Part shown: positions 49,696 through 61,600 of the stretch, in pieces
How positions within the stretch are numbered: the first letter of the stretch is position 1
Layout: every line of letters starts with the position of its first letter
NCBI GenBank assembly: GCA_034780895.1
Contig: JAUZTB010000107.1
Span: 38,465,788 to 38,529,787 of the forward strand
Source of the DNA: Rhynchobatus australiae
Lineage: Eukaryota
DNA length: 64,000 bases
Direction: 5' to 3'
Translations under genes and position numbers: made by a program
Notes under the pieces: model-generated
The model's input: the letters and a program-made list of their open reading frames with translations, nothing else
Database searches by the model: none
Told to the model about the DNA's origin: nothing

Positions 49696-52600
49696 CTGTC
49701 AGATATTTCAAAATGAAAAAGGGGTTAGAAAATCTAAGTTGGTCNNNNNNNNNNAATCATAATTGGCACTTTGACACCAATTAATGTTAGAAGTAACTAC
49801 ATTGTGAATAGACTACTTTGCTGACAAAGTAATAGTGAGGGCAGATGTAGCAAAAGTAGTTGTGAACATGGACTTTCAAGAAGTATTGTATAAAATTTGA
49901 CTTATTAAATTTGCCAGCCCATGGAATTAGAGGAAAAGGTAGATGTATATTACATTTGCTTAGGATTAAAGCTGTTTTGGGGATAAACAGTGGCACTCCC
50001 AAGGAACTAATTCTTGATGTATAGTAACGACTTGGACTTGGGTTGGGAATGCAGACCATAATTTTAAAATCTTCAGGTTACTCAAAATGTGGGGAAGATA
50101 AAGATGAACATTAAGAACATTTAGGCAGACTTATGAAAGAGGCATACATGTGATACATGACATTTAATATAGGGAAGCATGGAGAGGAAAGAGGTGAAGG
50201 AAAAAGGAAACCTTGGGTGCATGTGTGCACACATCATTGAAGGTAACAGTAAAGGCTAAAAAGTGGCTCAAAAAAATACAAGATCCCAGGTTTAATAAAT
50301 GCATGTATCAAGGACAGAAGCAATGTCATACTGAACATTTACAAAATGTTATGTACAGCTTTAGTAACAAAGTGTACAACATTGTCAAATGAATCCTAAC
50401 ATAGAGCTTTGCTAATTAAATATGTTCAGGAATAAATTGAGTGGAAAAGGACACAGTATTTCATCAACTATAGTACAGTAGCTAATAAATAACAAATTTA
50501 ACACTCTAAAAAGGCAGTTAAATAAGAGATTACCCGGGGAACCAGCTATGCTGAGTTGATGGTCGACCAATTAAATTCAGGTTGTTAGCTTTATATACGG
50601 TAAGGGTTTCATGTACATAACCATGAGGATTCACATAGGCAGCCATGGGTCCATACAATGATAAGCTTAAAGAAAATGGATAGTCAGAAGTTAGGGATTG
50701 AAGTACTCCGCACAACGATAAAGATATAGGTCCAAAAACTTGAAATTACTTTGCCACCTGCACTCACCGAGGTCATGGATTTATCCAGTTTGTATCCGAA
50801 GGGATGAACTGGCTGCACGAAGGCATCAAAAATGTGTCAGAGACCCTGTGTGGTGGCAGAGCCTCACATGACATAATCCAGTTATCTGGATGGCCCAGAA
50901 CAAATTCCACCGACAAAATGTATTTAACTAAAGATGGTAAAGCTATAACCCCATCTCTGACACAGTATGTTGTTTCAATAATGGCAGAAATTAACAAAAG
51001 AATACAACTAATTTGACATACTGGCAAAATAATGACACACTGAGCTTAATGTGTTCATAGTTTGATATGCCAAGGTAGATAGGTTTTGGACTATAGTGGA
51101 GTTAATGTGTGGTAAGAATCAGGCAGGAAAGAGGAGTCAAAGTGAAGGTCAGAACCACCATGATGCTACTGAATGGCAAAGCATGCTTGAGGGACTGTGT
51201 GGTTCACTCCTTTTTAAGCTGAAGTGTGTGCCATCCAAATTAGTTCTTGGAACTTCCATGAGTTATGGAGCAGCTAAAATTTAAATGTCCATTTACACAA
51301 ATCATTAAAGCAAGTTAACATGGTCGAAGGGTAATCAAAAACTCAATGAAAATGGACATTTATTTCAAGAGGGTTGGAAATTTAGAGTGAAGAAATGATA
51401 GTTTAGTTATTCAGAATCTTTCTTGGAGTATTGCATGAGTTTTGAATGATGCATCTCAGGGAGAATCAATGACTCATGAATGGGGGCCATGAAGATTCAC
51501 CAGAATAGCTGATCTTGAGCTTGCAGATTGCATTCCAAGGACTAGCTGCATAAACTTTGTGTGTTAAGTTTGAGAGTTGATCTTATCAAGATATTTAAAA
51601 TAAAGAATTCAATAGAACAGATACATAGAACTATTACCTCTGGTGGAAGAATCCAAAAAAGGGCAGTTAGGATTAAGATCAGGAAAACACTCCTTCCCTA
51701 CAAAGGGGGTGAAAAATTGGAACATTTTCTTCAAAGCCAGAAAATGTGTTAATTGAAATTCTGAAGATAGTGATTTTTTTTTGTATGTTGAACAAGCACA
51801 GCAAGGAATATAGTTAAAGGTGTAATAATGCAGATGATGCATAGATTAGCCATAAGGCAATTAGACTTGAAGTGCTCCAGTTCTGGCATTTAACTCTTCA
51901 GGAACAAAATGTCAGTTTTATTGGGATGTTGCAATAATGAACAGGAAAATATTTTCATTTATAACAGTGGGTGCACACATACTGGGAGAACAATAACTTC
52001 AGACATAAAAGTAGATGATGGAATCTGAGCAAATAACAAGCTGTTGGAGGAACTCAGCAGGTCAGGCAGCATCAGTGGATGGGAATAGACAGTTGACATT
52101 TTGGGTTAAGACCCTGCATCTGGACTAAAAGAGTAAAGGGGAGAGCAAGCTCATTAACACTAATTTATTGTGAAGAAATACATTNNNNNNNNNNNNNNNN
52201 NNNNNNNNNNNNNNNNNNNNNNNNNNNNNNNNNNNNNNNNNNNTCTTCTGTTAAAGATGGACATGGTTCTTGACTTTAGTAACAGTTGAGGTGATCCTGA
52301 ATTTGGTAAAATTAAATCAAGGTTGCTCATTTTTAACAGTACTAGGGAAGAATATAAATTGGCAGCAACATGAGGAGAAATCATGGATAAAATATGGGAA
52401 GAACTGCTGATGTCTGCCAACAAAAAAAAGGGTAGGTCATTACATTCACCTCAAAAGGCAAGACATGATAAATGACAAATCTGAGGTGTAGAGGTGGGAT
52501 AATGGAATGGATTTATTTACAGAGCAATTGCAGATTTAACTAAGTCTCAAAGTAAATGAAATAAAATTTTAAACTGAAAGCTTGCCCAACCAAATGGAGC

Positions 52601-55600
52601 TGTTTACATTAGCAGGCAAAAGTTTTTTCTTCTGCATGTTCTTGAATTTAACCGGTGGATGCCACTGAGATTGCCAACAATCCATATATCTTAATCTGTT
52701 AAAGAATTAAAATCCTATAATACAAGAATGTATGAATTAGAAGTAGGAGCAGACCATCTGGCCTGCTCTGTCATCCATCAAGATTGTGGCTGATCTAGTT
52801 CAACTTCAATTCCCTGCAACGTCCCTCCATTTCTCCCTTCCCCTTNNNNNNNNNNNNNNNNNNNNNNNNNNNNNNNNNNNNNNNNNNNNNNNNNNNNNNN
52901 NNNNNNNNNNNNNNNNNNNNNNNNNNNNNNNNNNNNNNNNNNNNNNNNTCTCTCATTTCTGTCCTACCCTTTTTCTAAGATATGACCCGTGGGTCTCCTC
53001 AGCTAGGGGCAACTTCCTGCCTGTTGACTCCTGTAAGAATATAGGAGGACTCATTGAGATTTTATTCAATCTCGTTAAATCTCATTCAGATTGAACACTT
53101 GAAATTTATTTGTGGCAGCAATACATGTCTTATAAGTCAGTGATAATAAACCCAATTCTGATTACCTTTAAAAGGGAAACTCACCTGAAGATATCATTTT
53201 TTGTGGTTATCTCTGTGTGGTGGCATCTTTTACAACAAAGAGATGTACACTGTAAACCAGAAAATGTGGTTTTGTAACTCTACTGAAAGCATTTGACAAA
53301 ACACGACAGAATTACAGTACTCATAAGAAATACATTTGAGAGGGTAAAATGGCAATTCTCTCGCTATACCACAACTTTGCAGCAAACACAAAATTCCAAC
53401 TCCTGGAACTCAATTAGGGCTTTGAAAAAGAGCACCAGCCGCCATTATACATGTTATATAAGTGACAATCATCCATTTAACTTGCAGCTGTTAACATTGA
53501 TCTCTAACTACACGGCCATGTGGTGTGATTTATCAATTAGAACAATTGTCTTAACGAAACTCAGTTTAATGGGCACATCTTTTCAAAAATTTTAAAAGAC
53601 AATTATTTACATGGTTTCAGTATGGAATACAGCACTAGGCACTGAATACAGATTTAAATGCACAATTACTACACAGAAGAGTGTAATTTAATCTTTTCAG
53701 CACTTACTTTGTCCATCAAATCCAATTCACAACGGAGCCGCTGAATAGCACTACTAATTTTAAGAAGTTCTATTCTTAAGGTATCATCAATTGGCAAACA
53801 AGCAGCAACTCTATAAGAAAAATCTAAAACAAAATAATGAATCAATAATTTGCAATTTTTTCTGGTTCCTTAGCTAGTCTGGCTTAGCTAATCAAATGAT
53901 CAATGAATATTTTTCTGGAACTGACTCCTGAAATAGCTCTATTTAAATTTAATTTTCTTGCTACATGTGAAATTGCTAATCATTCCATTTAAACTTCCCA
54001 GCATGCAATGAAATTTACTGAACAGCATGCACTAAAATTAAGCAATTTCATTAAACAAAAGCTGCACTCGTGTCTGCATTACAACAGGACAATTTCTTAA
54101 AATTGAACAGTAAAACTGACTTTGGACTTTTTAAATACAGTAACATAATCAATTAATTCTTACCTATAGGATTTGAGGGAAGGGAGTCATCTTTGAGATT
54201 TTCATCCCACTCTCGGAGTTGTGCTTTCATTCTTTCCATTAGTATTTCCTACATGGATAAAAGCAAAAACAAAATCACTGCTTGGATGCAAGGATAATCA
54301 GTTATACTTTATAAATTGCTTTAAAATGTGTCTTAATGAACAGCATTCTAAAATTTTGTCTGCATTTATAATTTCCCTCCCAAATCATTACATTAATTTC
54401 CTGCATTCAAGTTCTTTACAATGATCCCATGTCCACCTTGCAACATGGAATTGACATCAGGAAATTAGTGTCACAACACCAAAACAAAAACATAACAATT
54501 CTCTCTTCTATCTTGCCTTGAAATAATTAACTTCTTGATATGGGGTGGTTTCCACAATAACTCTGGTACTTCATATAAATAGACAGTATTCATTCAAGTT
54601 GAGCCAATGAATGTACAAGAACCACTGAATCACAAAGCATCACATCTCAGCCCTACTCCCAATGGAACCAGAGCAAGTGCAGATTTACAATAGGGAAAGG
54701 GTTCTTGGCCAATTTTCCTTTCCATAGTTCAGAGGAACTAGGACTAATGTAATATCCTTCTCACTGGTCAGTTTGAACATCAACAAATGTAGATCTTTCC
54801 TATCTGTAGCGCAGTTCCTCACGAGACAATCCTGCTGAAAAATGAAGGGAGCTTAACTGCTTCCTATCCCACAAATGTATGCAAAACCTTGCAAACAATT
54901 TTATTTGAATCACTTAATGGAATGAAATAAATATTGATTTCTGATTAAACTAAAAATACTTAGAATACAGAACATACAATTTTGAAGAGCAATATTTAGT
55001 TGTTCTCACAACTTAAACTTAATTTTGAATTAAGTAAATTTAAGATGTCAATCTTCACAGTGGGCAGCAGAGTAGAGCAGCTCATTGTAAACTCCAGCAA
55101 TCCTTGTTCAATCCTGACTTCTATTGTGTAAAGTTTGCACATTCTCCCTGTGAATGTGTGGGTTTCCTCTCAGCACTCTAGTTTCCTCTCACATCCCAAA
55201 GATGTTCTATTGGGTTCATTGATCACTGCAAATTGCCACTAATGCAGATNNNNNNNNNNNNNNNNNNNNNNNNNNNNNNNNNNNNNNNNNNNNNNNNNNN
55301 NNNNNNNNNNNNNNNNNNNNNNNNNNNNNNNNNNNNNNNNNNNNNNNNNNNNNNNNNNNNNNNNNNNNNNNNNNNNNNNNNNNNNNNNNNNNNNNNNNNN
55401 NNNNNNNNNNNNNNNNNNNNNNNNNNNNNNNNNNNNNNNNNNNNNNAGAACAGGGATTGAGTTCTTGACCAATTTCCCAGTCTGTAATTCAGTGGAGCCA
55501 AGATTAATTGTAATATGGACAATCAAGCAGAAAAGGAAAATTACACAGCATAATGAAAAACATTTTGCTTACAAAAATTTGCAATGATGTTATTTAAAAC

Positions 55601-58600
55601 ATCGTGTGAATCTGCTTTATTAGAAGCATTGGCAATTAATTTTAAGCAATGAAATCTAAATAACTCAGGTGACTTCAATACTCAGTTAACTAAATACTGA
55701 ACTTTACATCAAATAGTACAAAAACTTAAAAAAAAATCAGGTGCTAATATTCAAATCATTCTTAAAACCTGTAAAACATTACCACATGCAGAAGTAATCA
55801 GCGACTTTCTGTAAATACTCAATAGCCATTTGAATAACAGATGAAAATTATATATTTATACTTTCATGTGGGGAGAAACATCCACTTTGCTCATACTGAA
55901 ATTAACTGTAAACACGTTAATTTTTTCTCTAACAGTTTCTCTTTCTAAATTCAGTTTTCTCTCATTTTTCCAAATTCATTAATCTTCTTGGTACAACTCT
56001 TTTTACTGTTTCTTACAATTCTTTTACCTTCTTTGTTTCAACATACTTTTGAGGTTAACACAATGGTCTTAGAACAATGGCTATGTTAGAAGCATAAACA
56101 GGCAAAAAATTAGTAACAATAAGCAGTAAAATCTCAATTGAAGTGAATGGTGACTTTGAGGTAGGAACTGTGTTTGAGGCAATGGATGGTGTGGGAAGGA
56201 ATGTTGAGGTGCCACAATATGTTAGGAAGAGAGTGCAGCAACCTTTTTTTGTTATCAACAAATTATAGGGTAAAGGTTTGGCAACATCAGACACACCATG
56301 GAGACACAAGAGACTGCGGGGACTGGAATCCGGAGCAAACAATCTGCTGGACGAACTCAGCGTGTTGAATTGCATCTGCGAGAGGAAAGGAATCCCAGTG
56401 CAGGGTTTCAAGCTGAAACATCCACAATCCTTTCCTCCCTCAGATGCTGCTCAAGCCACTGAGTTCCGCCAGCAGATTATTTCTTGCATCAAACTCACCA
56501 TGTTCACCTCATCATCTGGAAGCTCAAACTTTGGACTACTTTTCTACTCCTCCATCAGACAAGTACACAAGTGCTTTTAAAATATTCTAGCAACATTCAT
56601 CTGACTTTATCTCCCCAAAGACTTCAATGCAAACATGTATCCACCTGCTCCATAATGCAATGGTGCAGCACAAACCCCAGAACACTAAACTCTGAAAATC
56701 TCTTGGACAGAAATAAACCGTCTACCAGTGGGAAGATTGGTCCTGCCTCACGATTCAAATTTCTGAAGATCCTCACTGCAGGTGAGGAGCAGCATCACTA
56801 GTCTCAGTGGCAGTTGCACTCCCACTGTGAAAACATGTAGCACCTCTGCAATTGGAAAAAAAAACACCTAACATCCATTTGTAGTGGAAGGTATCAAAAG
56901 CTGAAGGTTGCAGACCAGATTGGAACATTACTGGCTCAGAACCCTAATCGTTAAGATCTAGGACATGATATTCTCCCAACAAAGGTGGCTAAATTGCATA
57001 AAATAAATTGGGAATGTATCAGTTTGTAAGAGGGCTCATCACAATGACCAACATATGAAATTAGAACAAAGCTGCCACAAGCAGTAACACATGTAGAAAC
57101 TAATAATAGCATAGCACAGCACAGGTACTGCTGGCTGCTATATTACTTTTGCATAGTATTGACCTGTAGACAACTGAACTAAGGCAACTTGGATTTGGAT
57201 GAGAATGTCAGTGCTACGATAAGCAAGTCTGCAGATAACACTGAAATGGGTGGGAAAGTGGACTATGAAGAAAGATGTCCAAGGTTACGACAGGATATTG
57301 ATTAAATAGGAAAGTGGGCAAAGGAACGGCAGATGGAATTTAAGTCAGAAAACCGCAAAGTGATGCATTTTCAGAAGTTGAAGCAGTCCAGGACATAAAC
57401 AGTTAATGGCAGGGCTGTGGGGAGTGTTGTATAACAGAACTAGGGTTAAAAGTATATTGTTCCCTCAAAGTGGCAACACTGGTAAATAAGGGGAAGAAGG
57501 TGTATGACATGCTTGATTTCATTAGCCATTAAATACAGAAGTTGGGATGTCATGTTAGAGTGGCATAAAACATTGGTTAGACAACAAGATAGATTGTGTG
57601 CCGTTCTGGTCGCCAAGCTAAAGAAAGGATGCAATTAAGCTAGTGAGGGTACAAAAAAAATTCACAAGGATGTTGCCTGGACTGGAGAGCTTGAGTTTAA
57701 GGAGTGGTTGGATACGCTGGGACTGTTTTCCCTGGAGTGAAAGACATTGAGGTGTGACCTTATAGAGGTTTATAAGATCATGAGGAGCATGAAAAGGGTA
57801 GATTGTCACACTCTTTTCACGAGGGTAGGGGAATCTAAAATTAGAGGATATGGGTTTAAGATGAAAGAAAAAAGACTTAAAGGATCTGAGGGGCAAGCTT
57901 TTCATACAGAGAGTGGTGTGTATATGGAATGAGGTGCCAGAGGTAGTGGTAGAGGGAGGTACAATTATAACATTTAAGAAGCATTTTTACATGTACGTGG
58001 ATAGGAAAGGTTTAGAGTGATATGGGCCAAATGCAGGCAAATGGGTTTAGCTTAGATAGACATCTTGGTTGGCATGGACGGGTTGGGCCAAAGGACCCGT
58101 TTCTGTGCTGTGTAACTCTCTGAATCTAAACTAAAGCAATATTTAATTTTGTAACATTGATAGCAGTCATTTTGATTACCACAAATAAGATATAGATTTA
58201 TACTCACTGCATCATACAAAGAATACACCCATGGAGGCCACCAAGTCAGATTTGCACAGTGGAAATTTCTCTAAAGTGCAAAGAATAATAAAAAATAAAA
58301 TAGTACCATTATGAAAAATGAACAAAGCTTTTTATAAGTGATGGGATCAATGAGATATGTACAGCTTTTAATTTTGACTGTCCAGAATCTCATTCTACAA
58401 GTTGCTGATCTCAGCCACAATGACATGGACAGCTGCAAAGTCCTGCCTCATATTTGAAGAGTGTTTATGGAAGTCCAGATACCAGTCTATTCTGCCTCCT
58501 TCAAAAACAATCATGGGAATAAGGCAATATTTCATCATAACTGTAGAATTGTTGGGGATGTTTGAAAATCAATAATGTTTTTCCAATTGTAATAATTTTA

Positions 58601-61600
58601 CATTGTGCCAGTTTTTGGTCAGTGAAACAGCAGAGGATGAAAATGCATAAGCAATGATTCTGAAGTGTACCATAAGATCATTTTAATAGGCTTAACTTAT
58701 TTGTCTTAGACTTCCAGAAACTTTAATTTGAAATAAAACAAAACTTTTGTGGGCACTTAAATAAAAATACAATCAGTAATAATCAGATTTAACCTCTGCA
58801 ATGTACAATTCATTAGCTCTCATCATTATATATAAAAATCAATTCATTTCTTAAACAAGTATTAGTCTTGCGCATTTCCTGTTTGCTGGTTCTTCAAAAA
58901 GGTGGGAAGAAGAGTTTCACATGGATAGCAAGATCACTGTTTATTTAAATCAATAACATGGACTGAGAATGCCAATCAGTAATACAATTTATTAAATTCA
59001 CCGATTTGAGTGGCATCATCAATGCAGGAGGGCACTGACAAAATATGGAAGTCAGAAGGATCTGTGGATGTGGTTAAATGAAGGGAGCAGATGAGTATGC
59101 AGCATAAAAATAGGTATGGGCTCTGTTTCTAAGTGGCAAGCCCCTCGACAATAGGTCTCTCCAGATTTATACAACTCAAACTTTTTCTACTGCATTACTG
59201 GATCAATATCAGTACAAAGATAGTCATTAAATGAAGCTAAAATTTTCTCAAGAACAACTCAAGTTTTACTTTTCATTTCAGTGAAAAATTGTTTCTTTTC
59301 CTGATACATTTTCATAAGATGTACAACTTACCTTTTGGTATTTCTGCCACCACTTCTGAGTTTGCTTTAACCGGCATGCAGGTGGCTTATTTGAGATAAA
59401 CATATGAAGCCTGTTAAGTGAATTAAGCTGAACTCCTGATACACTTGAAGGAAGCACCCACTCTGGCAGGATCTGAACTTTTGCCACCCGAGTTCTAGGA
59501 ACAAGTAGAATGTGTTAATATATGCATATGACAAATAAATTGGACTTAAGTGATATTTTACATGTGGTAGAAAATGTGGGAGAGAAATATTATTATATAC
59601 ATGGGGTGGCCCTCATACTGGTAGGATATTAATAAAATGAAGGAAACAAAAATGTTATCATTAATACAGTAAACCTGATAACTCTTGGGATTTTTAATGG
59701 TACTGGATCACCAGACTTTCTGGACTATTGGACACTATTCCTATAAATACCAAACATACTTTTATTTCATTTTTTTAAAAAAAATCTTTTTATCTATTTA
59801 TTTATTTACACATTTTAGACAGTCGGGTAATAAACTTTCCAATGAACCAGATAAGTTTAAAGGGTGCAGGAAATATACAAGAACTCTGGACCCCAGCTCT
59901 GGCCACAAACCTACCCATGTTCCTGACTCCAACTTCAGCTCCAGCTGCACACCTGGCCTACAGTCCAGACCCTGACCCCAGCCACACACCCTGCCTGCAA
60001 GTAATCTTTCCTCTTGATTTGTGCTACTTCATATACTATCCATAGATAGGATAAAGAATGTCCGTGTCTGCAAGCAAAAGCTTAATGGTAGGCATCTTTC
60101 ACTGAAGACAAAGCAGTATTTTAGTGTATACCTATTCTCTACAGTGGGCCACAAGACATTACTTTTCTCCATATGGTGTCAATTTTCTCCTTTCTAAGTA
60201 GATTCCCTTCCAAGAAGGCATTACCTAATTATTGGGAATGTCTGCACAAGCATAGGTTTCACACTTGTAACTCATTCAAATGTTCAATTTACTGCAAGAG
60301 CCAGCTAATGAATCAATGGGTCAAGCCATCTGAAGGGAACTTCAAAAATCAAAGCAAATCGTAACAGAAATACACACAATTCCAGCAGCAGCTTTTGTTT
60401 CTCCAGTGATCATTACTGTCCAAGGTAAATTTTCTTTTGTTAGGACAGGTTTGTTAACAACGTAAAAATGCTGATAGCTCTGCCCACTTGCATTTGGCTA
60501 GATTAACCTTCAAGTCAGGAATACCTTTAACCTGATTGGATGCACCACAAGCAAAACTCCTAAGGTGTTAAGTTCAGAAATTTTTTTTTGCAATTTTGAG
60601 GTATACATGGGCATCTTTTAGCTTGTTGATGTATACGGCAGTTCACTGAAAAGAGGTCAATAATTAAGGGATAAAATTATTCATCACGTAACCCAAATAC
60701 TCAATTCTGGAAGTAAAAGATGGCTTTGAACAAAATATGATTAAATGCTAATTATATCACATTTTAATAAACATTGTTTTGGGAAAAAAAAGATCAAGAG
60801 TGACAAGTAGCCTTGCATGTTGCCATCTTACCCATCAGTTTGAGTTCTCGTTTCAAGAACTTTAAACCTTTGACGCCCAACAGCTTTCACTTTTACAGTT
60901 TCAATACCATATTCTTGTTCCTCCCTATATTCATAAATTTCTGCTGTGGTTCCAAATTCTGGAGCACTGTCAGAACGTTCACTAGGAGAGAGCAACGGAT
61001 ATTTAGAAAGTGGAATGGGTGCATTATTACCATACAGCAACACATTTACATCTAGATGAAAATTCAAATCCAAAAAATGTCAATTACTCGAGCTAACATA
61101 TTGTTTACAGTATTACTAAATATTTGGTTTCAAGAAATTTGATTAGGATAAACCATTTGTTGTTCACTCTCTTCAGAGAAATTGGGTTCTTTCACCTCCA
61201 AGAACAGGGTTGAAAGCATGAACGAAATAATAGAATGTTCTGGTTACTTGGGTCTCAGGTAAAGTGAGACAACACTAGGCTCCCAAAATGAAAAGTCTCA
61301 GTTTCCCTGCATTAAAATTCTTTATCTGATTGAGTGCAAGAAAACTAAAAATAAAAGTAACACATCAGTTACTGAAGTATGTCCAAAGTTGTTAAAGGTA
61401 TGGCATGTGTAGAAGCAGACTCAAACAGTGAGAGTTCCAGTGAAGATTCAAATATCTCAGGTGTAAAGAAAAGGAATGTTGAGATTAGTACAATTAGGGA
61501 TTTGGTTGAGTAACGTAGGTAGTTCAAATAGGGGCCTCAAAGGCATCTCAATATATAAAGTATTTTTGTTGTTACATCTTTATAATATTCATACACTATT

